A stretch of DNA of 32,000 nucleotides from Cereibacter sphaeroides 2.4.1 (GCF_000012905.2 NC_007493.2:2010001-2042000), one strand, 5' to 3'; counted from the stretch's first letter, positions 1 through 15,369 are shown. The notes: generated by a model not told the origin, from the sequence alone. A program made the numbers and translations.

Positions 1-224
1 CGGGCGACCACCTCGGCCGCGAAGTGAGAGACGGCCACCGGGCCCTCGCCCGCGATCCCCGCCCTGTCTCTCTGCAAGCCATCGTGCATCACCAGCTCCG
101 CCGGGCAGGCCTGGCCGCACCCACTGCCAAGATCCGCGCAATCGGGATCTCGCAGGGCCCGCAGAAGCGGCGCGACACAAGCCCGGGCAATTGTAGGCTG
201 ACTGTCATCCAAGGAGGAACGCAT
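1..224 (-). CDS. ppaA: 5' end of a minus-strand gene that runs off the left edge. By position it is probably the PpaA/AerR-type photosystem regulator that lies divergently upstream of bchF in Rhodobacter-type photosynthesis clusters.
   Basis: The reverse-strand frame is open from 296 to the window edge. In-frame ATGs lie at 224 and 89. The ATG at 89 is preceded by GGAG, and third-position GC rises to about 90% only downstream of it, so 89 is the more likely start. Identity rests on synteny only; no diagnostic motif is visible. Confidence 0.35.
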   Translation of the reverse strand, partial: MRSSLDDSQPTIARACVAPLLRALRDPDCADLGSGCGQACPAELVMHDGLQRDRAGIAGEGPVAVSHFAAEVVA

Positions 225-241
225 GTCAAAGAAAATTGACA
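224..241. promoter_or_regulatory. PpsR/CrtJ repressor palindrome TGTCAAAGAAAATTGACA (TGT-N12-ACA)
   Basis: Perfect TGTCA-N8-TGACA dyad in the lower-GC ppaA-bchF intergenic region. This is the established PpsR/CrtJ operator consensus. Confidence 0.75.
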
Positions 242-367
242 CCTCAGGCAGCGGAGGCAGCCCATCCCCCGCTGAACTCACACTTAATCCTTGGATTTAC
301 GACAGAGTGTCGCAGCTTCCCCGCGGCGATCTGCGCCTTTGCCGCACTGTGCTCTCGCCGCAAAAGA

Positions 368-379
368 TGTAAGTCAGAA

Positions 380-385
<6 letters not shown>
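368..385. promoter_or_regulatory. Second PpsR/CrtJ palindrome TGTAAGTCAGAATTGACA (TGT-N12-ACA)
   Basis: Matches TGT-N12-ACA with a perfect right half-site TGACA. It overlaps the -35 of the predicted bchF promoter. Confidence 0.7.
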
Positions 386-2227
<1,842 letters not shown>

Positions 2228-2297
2228 CGCATCCCGCGACTCCCCATTCTCCGCTATCCCCATCGCAAGAGGCGGCGGACCGCCCAGGGAACCGGAC

Positions 2298-3891
2298 ATG
2301 AAACTGACGCTGTGGACATATGAAGGCCCGCCCCATGTGGGTGCGATGCGCGTGGCGACCGGCATGACCGGGATGCATTATGTGCTCCACGCGCCGCAGG
2401 GCGACACCTATGCCGACCTGCTCTTCACCATGATCGAGCGCCGCGGCAAACGGCCTCCGGTGAGCTACACGACCTTTCAGGCCCGCGATCTGGGCTCGGA
2501 CACTGCCGAGCTGTTCCAGTCCGCCTGCCGCGACGCCTACGAGCGCTTTCAGCCGCAGGCGATCATGGTCGGCTCCTCTTGCACGGCCGAGCTGATCCAG
2601 GACGACACGGGGGGCCTCGCCGACGCGCTGTCCCTGCCCGTTCCGGTCGTCCATCTCGAGCTGCCCTCCTACCAGCGCAAGGAGAATTTCGGCGCGGACG
2701 AGAGCTTCCTGCAGATCTGCCGCAAGCTTGCCAGGCCCATGGAGCGCACGGAGAAGGTCTCCTGCAACCTCCTCGGGCCGACGGCTCTGGGCTTCCGCCA
2801 CCGCGACGACATCCTCGAGGTGACGCGGCTTCTCGAGGGCATGGGGATTGCGGTGAATGCGGTGGCGCCGATGGGCGCAAGCCCGGCCGACATCGCCCGG
2901 CTGGGGGCCGCGCATTTCAACGTGCTGCTCTACCCCGAGACCGGCGAATCCGCCGCCCGCTGGGCCGAGAAGACGCTGAAGCAGCCCTATACGAAAACGG
3001 TTCCCATCGGGGTCGGCGCCACGCGCGACTTCGTGGCCGAAGTGGCGGCGCTCGCAGGCGTCGCGCCCGTCGCGGATGACAGCCGCCTGCGCCAGCCCTG
3101 GTGGTCGGCCTCGGTCGATTCCACCTACCTCACCGGCAAGCGCGTGTTCCTGTTCGGCGACGCAACCCATGTGATCGCGGCGGCCCGCGTCGCGCGCGAC
3201 GAGATGGGCTTCGAGGTGGTGGGCATGGGCTGCTACAACCGCGAATTCGCCCGCCCCATGCGCGCGGCCGCCAAGGGCTACGGGCTCGAGGCGCTCGTGA
3301 CCGACGATTACCTCGAAGTCGAGGAGGCCATTCAGGCGCTCGCGCCCGAGCTGATCCTCGGCACGCAGATGGAGCGCCACATCGCCAAGCGGCTCGGCAT
3401 CCCCTGCGCGGTGATCTCGGCTCCGGTCCATGTGCAGGACTTCCCGGCCCGTTACTCGCCGCAGATGGGCTTCGAGGGGGCGAACGTCCTCTTCGACACC
3501 TGGATCCATCCGCTGACCATGGGTCTCGAGGAGCATCTCCTGACCATGTTCCGCGAGGATTTCGAGTTCCACGACGAGGCCGGCCCCTCGCACCACGGCG
3601 GCAAGGCGGTCCCCGCCTCGGCGCCCCGCGCCGACGAGGCCGCCGAGGCGCTGCCGCTGACGGGCGCCGAGACGGCCGAGGGGGGGTCGATCCCCCCCGA
3701 GGCCGTGCCCCCGGCCGAGGCCGCCGCAGTCCCCGCGGGCGAGATCGTCTGGCTGACGGATGCCGAGCGCGAGCTGAAGAAGATCCCCTTCTTCGTGCGC
3801 GGCAAGGCACGCCGGAACACCGAGAAGTTTGCGGCTGAGAAGGGCCTCACCCGGATCAGCCTCGAGACCCTGTACGAGGCGAAAGCTCATT

Positions 3892-3902
<11 letters not shown>
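2298..3902 (+). CDS. bchB: DPOR subunit B
   Basis: 534 codons. The N-terminus [43 protein letters not shown] is the conserved BchB/ChlB start. The C-terminal [17 protein letters not shown] domain is present. Confidence 0.95.
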
Positions 3903-8428
<4,526 letters not shown>

Positions 8429-8471
8429 GCCTGCCCCTGCCGGATCCGCTCCGGTGTTCAAGGAAGAACCC

Positions 8472-9140
8472 ATGAACGACTATTCGACCACCCGCGACCG
8501 GGTCGAACATTATTTCGACCGCACCGCGACCCACACCTGGGAGCGGCTCACCTCCTCGGCGCCCGTCAGCCGCATCCGGCAGACGGTGCGCGAGGGTCGC
8601 GACACGATGCGGGCGAAGATGCTCTGGCGGCTGCCGAAGGACCTCACGGGCCTTCGCGTGCTCGACGCGGGCTGCGGCGCAGGCCAGATGACGGCCGAGC
8701 TTGCGGCCCGCGGCGCGCAGGTCATGGCGGTGGACATCTCGCCGCAGCTCGTCGAGATCGCGCGGAAACGTCTGCCGCCCGAGCATCAGGACCGCGTGAC
8801 CTTCGCTTCGGGCGACATGCTGGCCGATGACCTTGGCCGCTTCGACTATGTCGTCGCGATGGACAGCCTGATCTACTACACCGACGCCGACATCGCGGCG
8901 GCGCTCGACAGGCTCGGCGCCAGAACGCGGCATTCGGTCGTCTTTACCGTGGCCCCGCGAACGCCTTTCCTGATGGCGTTCTGGACGATGGGGAAGCTCT
9001 TTCCGCGGTCCGACCGCTCGCCGGTCATGATCCCGCACCCGTTCCAGCCTCTGAACGAGGCGACGGGGGGCAGGCTTGTGAAGGTCGGGCGGGTGTCGCG
9101 GGGCTTCTACATCTCCGAGTGTCTGGAGTTCCGGCCGTGA
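8472..9140 (+). CDS. bchM: Mg-protoporphyrin IX O-methyltransferase
   Basis: 222 codons from ATG 8472, preceded by AAGGAAG. SAM-binding motif VLDAGCGAG. The track ORF opens at a GTG at 8454. Confidence 0.92.
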   Translation: MNDYSTTRDRVEHYFDRTATHTWERLTSSAPVSRIRQTVREGRDTMRAKMLWRLPKDLTGLRVLDAGCGAGQMTAELAARGAQVMAVDISPQLVEIARKRLPPEHQDRVTFASGDMLADDLGRFDYVVAMDSLIYYTDADIAAALDRLGARTRHSVVFTVAPRTPFLMAFWTMGKLFPRSDRSPVMIPHPFQPLNEATGGRLVKVGRVSRGFYISECLEFRP

Positions 9141-10576
9141 TCCTGGGGCGGAAACAGCTGAAGAAACTGACGATCGGTGCGCTTCCCTTTGCGGATGCGG
9201 CCTCCGAAGGGCTGCCGCTCGGGCAACTGCTGCGCCTGTCGCTGTTCCAGGTCTCGGTCGGCATGTGCTCGGTGCTGCTCCTGGGCACGCTCAACCGGGT
9301 GATGATCGTCGAACTCGCGGTGCCGGCCACGGTGGTGGCCCTGATGATCGCGCTGCCGGTCCTGTCGGCGCCGTTCCGCGCCCTCATGGGCCATCGGAGC
9401 GACAATCACCGCTCGGCGCTGGGCTGGAAGCGCATCCCCTACCTCTGGTTCGGCTCGCTCTGGCAGATGGGGGGGCTGGCCATCATGCCCTTCGCGCTGA
9501 TCGTGCTGTCGGGCGACCAGATCCACGGCCCCGACTGGGCCGGCGAGGTTCTGGCGGCGCTGGCCTTCCTGATGGCGGGCCTCGGCATGCACATGACCCA
9601 GACGGCGGGCCTCGCCCTCGCCTCGGACCGCGCCACGGAAGAGACGCGGCCGCGGGTGGTGGCGCTGCTCTATGTCATGTTCCTCGTGGGCATGGGGATC
9701 TCGTCGCTGATCGTGGGCTGGCTCCTGTCGGACTTCTCCGAGCTGCGGCTGATCCGCGTCGTGCAGGGCTGCGCCTTCATGACCATGGTCCTGAACATCG
9801 TCGCGCTCTGGAAACAGGAACATGTGCGGCCGATGTCGAAGGAGGAGCGCGCAGCCCCCCGGCCGCGCCTCCGCGACGCCTGGGCCGAACTCAATGCCGA
9901 CGGCACCGCCTTCCGGCTCCTGATGGCGGTGGCCTGCGGCACGCTCGCCTTCAACATGCAGGACGTGCTGCTCGAGCCCTACGGCGGCGAGATCATCGGC
10001 CTGCCGGTGTCGGCCACGACGCTCCTGACGGCCATGTGGTCGGTGGGCGCGCTCGCGGGCTTCGGCCTCGCCGCGCGCTGGCTGGCGCGCGGTCTCGACC
10101 CCGCCCGCATGGCGGGACGGGGGATCCTGATCGGCCTTGCCGCCTTCCTGCTCGTGCTTTTCGCCTGGCCTGCCGCGTCGAAGGCGATGTTCTTCGCCGG
10201 TGCGGGCCTGATCGGGATGGGCGGCGGGCTCTTTTCCGTCGCCACCCTCACGATGGCGATGGCCATCCCGGTGGCGGGTCTGGCCGGCCGCGGCCTCGCG
10301 CTCGGCGCCTGGGGGGCTGCGCAGGCGACCGCCGCGGGCCTCGCCATCCTCATGGGCGGCGCACTGCGCGACGTCATCGGCCACTGGGCCAAGGCGGGGC
10401 ATCTCGGTGCCGCGCTGCAGGACGCGGCCATCGGCTACAGCTCCGTGTACCTCCTCGAGATCGGGCTGCTGTTCGCCACACTGATCGTGCTGGGGCCTCT
10501 GGTCCGAACCACGATCCTCTCATCTGAACGACCGGCCGGCGGGACCCGCGTGGGACTCGCCGACTTCCCCACCTGA
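9137..10576 (+). CDS. lhaA: LH1 assembly factor LhaA (PucC/BCD-type MFS protein)
   Basis: Polytopic membrane protein with LPFADAASEGLPLGQLLRLSLFQVSVGM...GTLNRVMIVEL, typical of the LhaA/PucC family. It lies between bchM and puhA. GTG 9137 overlaps the bchM stop (GTGA); an in-frame GTG at 9119 is the alternative start. Confidence 0.85.
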   Translation: MILGRKQLKKLTIGALPFADAASEGLPLGQLLRLSLFQVSVGMCSVLLLGTLNRVMIVELAVPATVVALMIALPVLSAPFRALMGHRSDNHRSALGWKRIPYLWFGSLWQMGGLAIMPFALIVLSGDQIHGPDWAGEVLAALAFLMAGLGMHMTQTAGLALASDRATEETRPRVVALLYVMFLVGMGISSLIVGWLLSDFSELRLIRVVQGCAFMTMVLNIVALWKQEHVRPMSKEERAAPRPRLRDAWAELNADGTAFRLLMAVACGTLAFNMQDVLLEPYGGEIIGLPVSATTLLTAMWSVGALAGFGLAARWLARGLDPARMAGRGILIGLAAFLLVLFAWPAASKAMFFAGAGLIGMGGGLFSVATLTMAMAIPVAGLAGRGLALGAWGAAQATAAGLAILMGGALRDVIGHWAKAGHLGAALQDAAIGYSSVYLLEIGLLFATLIVLGPLVRTTILSSERPAGGTRVGLADFPT

Positions 10577-10594
10577 CACCGGAGGACCCCTTAA

Positions 10595-11377
10595 ATGGTT
10601 GGTGTGACTGCTTTTGGAAACTTCGATCTGGCGTCGCTGGCGATCTATAGCTTCTGGATCTTCCTCGCGGGCCTGATCTACTACCTCCAGACCGAGAACA
10701 TGCGCGAGGGCTATCCGCTGGAGAACGAGGACGGCACCCCGGCCGCGAACCAGGGCCCGTTCCCGCTGCCGAAGCCCAAGACCTTCATCCTGCCCCACGG
10801 CCGCGGCACGCTGACCGTGCCCGGCCCGGAAAGCGAAGACCGCCCGATCGCGCTCGCGCGGACGGCCGTCTCGGAAGGCTTCCCGCATGCGCCCACGGGC
10901 GACCCGATGAAGGACGGCGTCGGCCCGGCCTCGTGGGTTGCGCGCCGTGACCTGCCCGAACTCGACGGGCACGGCCACAACAAGATCAAGCCGATGAAGG
11001 CCGCTGCCGGCTTCCACGTCTCGGCCGGCAAGAACCCGATCGGCCTGCCCGTCCGCGGCTGCGATCTCGAGATCGCGGGCAAGGTCGTGGACATCTGGGT
11101 CGACATCCCCGAGCAGATGGCCCGCTTCCTCGAGGTCGAACTCAAGGACGGCTCGACCCGCCTCCTGCCGATGCAGATGGTCAAGGTCCAGTCGAACCGC
11201 GTCCATGTGAACGCGCTCTCGTCCGACCTGTTCGCGGGCATCCCGACGATCAAGTCCCCGACCGAGGTCACGCTCCTCGAAGAGGACAAGATCTGCGGCT
11301 ACGTCGCCGGCGGCCTGATGTATGCCGCGCCGAAGCGCAAGTCGGTCGTGGCGGCGATGCTGGCCGAATACGCCTGA
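10595..11377 (+). CDS. puhA: Photosynthetic reaction centre H subunit
   Basis: 260 aa. [47 protein letters not shown]... and the C-terminal ...[34 protein letters not shown] match the R. sphaeroides H chain as I remember it. GGAGGA SD lies at 10581-10586. Confidence 0.97.
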
Positions 11378-11386
11378 TCCCCGCAT

Positions 11387-11411
11387 GGCGCGGCCCCCCG
11401 CGGGCCGCGCC
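11387..11411 (+). terminator. GC-rich stem-loop just after the puhA stop (GGCGCGGCC / GGCCGCGCC). No U-tract, so it is more likely a partial terminator or mRNA 3'-stabiliser.
   Basis: 9-10 bp perfect GC stem with a 5-7 nt loop, 10 nt downstream of TGA 11375-11377. It is followed by GCATCCTTCC rather than a T run. Confidence 0.35.
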
Positions 11412-11419
11412 GCATCCTT

Positions 11420-11477
11420 CCCGGACCCGATCCGGATCAGATCCCTCCCCCACCCGGATCCGATCCGCATCCGATCC
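11420..11477. repeat. Imperfect 25-nt direct repeat (11420-11444 and 11453-11477, 22/25 identical) containing six GATC sites
   Basis: cccggacccgatccggatcagatcc versus cccggatccgatccgcatccgatcc, separated by ctccccca, in the puhA-puhB spacer. Confidence 0.6.
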
Positions 11478-11504
11478 GCCGCAGACGCACCCGAGGAGAC
11501 ACCC

Positions 11505-12149
11505 ATGGACCATGACGATTTCAAGTTCGAACCGATCCCTGGCCTCCCCGAGCGTCCGCCGCAGGGCGAGACGCTGCTCTGGCAGGGCCGCCCGGCCGCC
11601 TTCGCGCTCGCGCGCGAGGCCTACAAGGTCAACTGGATCGCGGGCTATTTCGCCCTGACCGCGCTCTGGCGCGCCTCGACCGGCTGGGCCGACGGCGGCC
11701 TGCCGATGGCGGTGGCCTATGCGGTGCCCTATCTCGGGCTCGGCGCCGTGACCTATCTGCTGCTCCTCCTCGGCGCCTACTGGCAGGCCCGCGCCACGAT
11801 CTATTCGATCACCACAGCGCGCGTGATCCTGCGCATCGGGGCGGCCCTGTCGGTCACGCTGAACCTGCCCTTCAAGCAGATGGAAAGCGCGGCGCTCGAC
11901 CTGCGCAAGTCCGGCACGGGTACCATCGCCCTGCGGATGAAGGCGCCCAACCGGATCTCGAAGCTGGTCTGCTGGCCGCACATCCGCCCGTGGAAATGGC
12001 ATGGCGAGCCGGCGATGCGCTGCGTGCCCGACGCCGAACGCATCGCGCGCCTGCTGTCGGATGCGGCCGAGGCGCGGCTCTCGGTGCCCACCATCGCCCG
12101 CACGGGCGAGCAGGCCCCGGTGCCGCCCCACGCCGTGCCCGCCGCCTGA
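11505..12149 (+). CDS. puhB: Photosynthetic complex assembly protein PuhB
   Basis: 214 codons from ATG 11505, preceded by GAGGAG. MDHDDFKFEPIPGLPERPPQGETLLWQGRP... followed by two TM helices. Located immediately after puhA as in Rhodobacter puhABC. Confidence 0.85.
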   Translation: MDHDDFKFEPIPGLPERPPQGETLLWQGRPAAFALAREAYKVNWIAGYFALTALWRASTGWADGGLPMAVAYAVPYLGLGAVTYLLLLLGAYWQARATIYSITTARVILRIGAALSVTLNLPFKQMESAALDLRKSGTGTIALRMKAPNRISKLVCWPHIRPWKWHGEPAMRCVPDAERIARLLSDAAEARLSVPTIARTGEQAPVPPHAVPAA

Positions 12150-12225
12150 GCCGACCCGGCCCCCCCATCCACCTCCGGCCGCTGCCCCCGCGGGGCAGCC
12201 CCGGCAAGACCCCGCAGGACATGCC

Positions 12226-12690
12226 ATGATGAGCGCACAGAACTCCCGCCAGCCCCGGAGCGACAAGGACAAGGAGCTGATCCCGCCCTTCCTGCTCAAG
12301 GCGATGTTCGCCCTTGCGCTGGGATCGGTGCTGATGGTGAGCTGGGCGGTCTGGACCGGCCGCGAGCCCACCGGCAAGCCCGCCCCCGCCCCCGTGGTGG
12401 CCGAGCGCCAGCTCGTCCTGCAGGGGCTGGGCGAGCAGGCCGTGGCCGTCCGCACGCCCGAAGGCGAGACCCTCTTCGAAGCCGAGAACGGCGGCTTCGT
12501 CACCGTGATCCAGATCGGCCTGAAGCGCGCCCGCACCGTGCACAGGATCGAAGGCAATCCCCCCGTGCGGTTGGTGAAGTACGAGAACGGCAGACTTTCC
12601 CTGCAGGATGACGCAACCGGCTGGAGCGCCGAGCTCCAGGCATTCGGACCCGACAACGAGGCCGCCTTCGAGCGGATGCTGTCCGAATGA
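12226..12690 (+). CDS. puhC: Photosynthetic complex assembly protein PuhC (single-TM)
   Basis: 154 codons. N-terminal TM helix LKAMFALALGSVLMVSWAVW, then a periplasmic domain. Position after puhB. Confidence 0.8.
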   Translation: MMSAQNSRQPRSDKDKELIPPFLLKAMFALALGSVLMVSWAVWTGREPTGKPAPAPVVAERQLVLQGLGEQAVAVRTPEGETLFEAENGGFVTVIQIGLKRARTVHRIEGNPPVRLVKYENGRLSLQDDATGWSAELQAFGPDNEAAFERMLSE

Positions 12691-12711
12691 CGCCAAGAGA
12701 AGGGAACCCCC

Positions 12712-13008
12712 ATGGGTCTGTTCACGAAACAAGCGGAAGAGGTGCCCTGCACCGTTGAAGTGAGTCACCAGTTCGAGTCTCTCCACGCGCATGTGCGCTT
12801 CGACAACGGGGCCATCGTCCATCCGGGCGATGAGGTTCTGGTTCACGGCGCGCCGGTCCTGGCGGCCTTTGGCGAGGTGGTGGTCGAGGAACGCACCGCC
12901 ACCATCACGCGCGCCTCGGGCCTCGAGCGGCTCTGGACGCGCCTCACGGGCGATCTCGGTGCGATGGAACTGTGCGAATTCTCCTTCTCCGAGCAGGTGA
13001 CGCTGTGA
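12712..13008 (+). CDS. bciE: Small subunit of the O2-dependent Mg-protoporphyrin monomethyl ester cyclase (BciE-type, Rsp_6110-like)
   Basis: 98-aa ORF with AGAAGGGA SD, high GC3, directly upstream of and overlapping acsF. This is the position reported for BciE in R. sphaeroides. Identification is by position and size, not by a motif I can verify. Confidence 0.65.
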   Translation: MGLFTKQAEEVPCTVEVSHQFESLHAHVRFDNGAIVHPGDEVLVHGAPVLAAFGEVVVEERTATITRASGLERLWTRLTGDLGAMELCEFSFSEQVTL

Positions 13009-14096
13009 ACGCGCCGGCCGGAGGGCTCTCCCCCGCGCTCACGCCGGAAGCGGTTGCCGACACGACGGCGATGGCGACCGAGACCCACATCCTGAACCCG
13101 CGCTTCTACACCACCGATTTCGACGAGCTGGACCGCGTCGACGTGACCCCCGTCCGCAAGGACTGGGACGCGCTGATCGCCGAGATGAAGGCGGATCCGA
13201 ACAAGGCGCATTTCAAGAAGACCGAGGCCTGGGACCGGATCGACTGGGACGGGATGGATCCTGCCCTGCGCGTCGAGTTCATCGACTTCCTCGTCTCGTC
13301 CTGCACCGCCGAATTCTCGGGCTGCGTGCTCTACAAGGAGATGAAGCGGCGCGGCTCGAACCCCGACATTCGCGAGCTGTTCAACTACATGGCCCGCGAC
13401 GAGGCCCGGCACGCGGGCTTCATCAACGACGCTCTGCGCGAGGCGGGCGTGGCGGTGAACCTGGGCTTCCTGACCAAGGCCAAGAAATACACCTATTTCC
13501 GGCCGAAGTTCATCTATTACGCCACCTACCTCTCCGAGAAGATCGGCTACGCACGCTACATCACGATCTACCGCCATCTCGAGGCCAACCCCGAGCATCG
13601 CTTCCACCCGATCTTCAAGTGGTTCAAGGAGTGGTGCAACGACGAGTTCCGCCACGGCGAGGCCTTCGCGCTGCTGATGAAGACCGATCCGAAGCTGACG
13701 GACACGACCGTCAACCGGCTCTGGATCCGCTTCTTTCTGACGGCGGTCTATTCGACCATGTGGGTGCGCGACCATGCCCGGCCCGAGTTCCACAAGGCGC
13801 TCGGCGTGGACATCGACTGGTACGATCAGGAGGTCTACCGCAAGACCTCCGAGATCGCGCGCCAGATCTTCCCGGTCGAGCTCGACATCGACCACCCGCG
13901 CTGGAAGCCGGCGCTCCGCCGCATGAACGAGGCCTTCCTGCGCATCGACCGCGGCACCCGCCGCGGCGGGATCGCGGGGCGGCTCGAGAAGGCTCTGGGC
14001 GGCGCGCAGGCGCTGGCTGCCTTCGTATCCCTCTACACGATCCCGGTCAGGACCCACACCCTGCCCGAGAACGTCCGACTGGAGCCGAGCTATTGA
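13005..14096 (+). CDS. acsF: Aerobic (O2-dependent) Mg-protoporphyrin IX monomethyl ester oxidative cyclase
   Basis: Di-iron motifs DEARHAGF and DEFRHGEA; NPRFYTTDFDELD N-terminal region. GTG 13005 overlaps the bciE stop (GTGA). Alternative starts are ATG 13071 or GTG 12972. Confidence 0.9.
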   Translation: MNAPAGGLSPALTPEAVADTTAMATETHILNPRFYTTDFDELDRVDVTPVRKDWDALIAEMKADPNKAHFKKTEAWDRIDWDGMDPALRVEFIDFLVSSCTAEFSGCVLYKEMKRRGSNPDIRELFNYMARDEARHAGFINDALREAGVAVNLGFLTKAKKYTYFRPKFIYYATYLSEKIGYARYITIYRHLEANPEHRFHPIFKWFKEWCNDEFRHGEAFALLMKTDPKLTDTTVNRLWIRFFLTAVYSTMWVRDHARPEFHKALGVDIDWYDQEVYRKTSEIARQIFPVELDIDHPRWKPALRRMNEAFLRIDRGTRRGGIAGRLEKALGGAQALAAFVSLYTIPVRTHTLPENVRLEPSY

Positions 14097-14157
14097 CTTC
14101 TGACGATCACCGGAAGCGGGCCCTGTCCGCTTCCTCCAGCGCGCCGAGGGGCTGCGG

Positions 14158-15030
14158 ATGCTGACGAGTCCCTGGGTCGTGGCCCTGTCGGCCATCTTCG
14201 TCTGGTGGTTCTCCACCGGCATCCTGCTCTGGCGGGTGCGCCATGCCGACAACCGCGGCCCCGAGGCGCATCTGACCTCGGTGATCCTGGGCCTGCCGAT
14301 GCTCTTCGCGGGCGCCTGGGGCTATGTCCACACCCTCCACGACGAGACGGTGGGCGGGGTCTATGTGGCGTTCCTCTCGGCGCTCGGCGTCTGGGGCTGG
14401 ATCGAGCTGTCCTTCCTGTCGGGCGTCATCACGGGCCCGAACACCGACCCCTGCCCGCTGCATGCGCGGGCACCCGAGCGATTCCTGCGGGCGGTGGGCA
14501 CGGTTCTCTGGCACGAGATCGTGCTCCTCACCGTGCTCATCGCCATGGCGGTCCATGCGGCCGACGCCCCCAACCGCTTCGGGCTCTGGACCTTCCTCGT
14601 CCTCTTCGTGGCCCGCGTCTCGGCCAAGCTGAACCTCTATCTCGGCGTGCCCTACATCAACGTCGAGTTCCTGCCCTCGACCCTCGCGCACCTGTCGAGC
14701 TACTTCCGCCACACGCGGATGAACCGCTTCTTCCCGCTCTCGGTGACGCTGCTGACCTTCGCGACCGGCTGCTGGATCGAGCGCGCGCTCTCCGCCGGCG
14801 GGGCGAACCATCGCGAGGTGGGTTTCTGGCTCCTGGCGGCGCTGACGGCGCTCGCCGTCCTCGAGCACTGGTTCATGGTGGTGAACCTGCAGGACCGGAA
14901 GCTCTGGAAATGGATGATGCCCGAGCGGCGGCGGCCCGTACGCGGCGGCCGCGTGCCGCCCTCGCATCTGCCGGATACCGTCCGGCGGGGCGAGGCGAAG
15001 CTGCTCAAGGAGAAGGCGGGAAGGCTCTAG
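14158..15030 (+). CDS. puhE: Photosynthetic complex assembly protein PuhE (polytopic membrane protein)
   Basis: 290 aa with about 7 predicted TM helices. Located downstream of acsF as in Rhodobacter photosynthesis clusters. Confidence 0.82.
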   Translation: MLTSPWVVALSAIFVWWFSTGILLWRVRHADNRGPEAHLTSVILGLPMLFAGAWGYVHTLHDETVGGVYVAFLSALGVWGWIELSFLSGVITGPNTDPCPLHARAPERFLRAVGTVLWHEIVLLTVLIAMAVHAADAPNRFGLWTFLVLFVARVSAKLNLYLGVPYINVEFLPSTLAHLSSYFRHTRMNRFFPLSVTLLTFATGCWIERALSAGGANHREVGFWLLAALTALAVLEHWFMVVNLQDRKLWKWMMPERRRPVRGGRVPPSHLPDTVRRGEAKLLKEKAGRL

Positions 15031-15281
15031 TCACATCGCATTGAGGCTCTCGTGGGGACTCGTTGTGCGGCAATCCGTCATATAATTTGCTCCGTATCCG
15101 GGCAGCATAGTCCGCTGCGTCCGAACAGCCCGGCAGGAAGTCCATGTCAGCCACCTCGCACCCTCAGAGCGCGTCTTCGATCTGCGAGAATGGCCCGGTC
15201 CAGCCGAAGCCGGGCTTCCGGCCCGTCCCCCGTTTCGCCGCCCTCGCGACCGTTGCGGATCCCGGATCCAAATGTCATGCA

Positions 15282-15311
15282 TGATCCGGAACGCGCGGCC
15301 CGCAGTAGTGA
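15282..15311 (+). promoter_or_regulatory. Candidate ECF sigmaE-type cycA promoter (cycA P3-like): -35 TGATCC (15282-15287) with TAGTGA about 18 nt downstream
   Basis: TGATCC is the -35 hexamer I recall for R. sphaeroides sigmaE targets (rpoE P1, cycA P3). The site lies about 60-85 nt upstream of the cycA ATG. The -10 assignment is from memory and uncertain. Confidence 0.35.
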
Positions 15312-15369
15312 TTGTGTGCCGGCGGCACCTATATCTTTACCACCATCTACCCATACAGGGAGGATACCC

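Noticed and set aside
24-239. 71-aa plus-strand ORF at the left edge
   Set aside because: It has no SD and Arg/Pro-rich artefact-like composition. It overlaps the better-supported minus-strand gene stub and ends inside the PpsR box.
14112-14134. Hairpin GGAAGCG-N9-CGCTTCC between acsF and puhE, and hairpin GCTGCCCC-cgc-GGGGCAGC at 12181-12199 after puhB
   Set aside because: These are short intercistronic stems without U-tracts inside an obviously co-transcribed gene string. Such stems are common in GC-rich DNA and are not enough to call terminators or regulatory elements.
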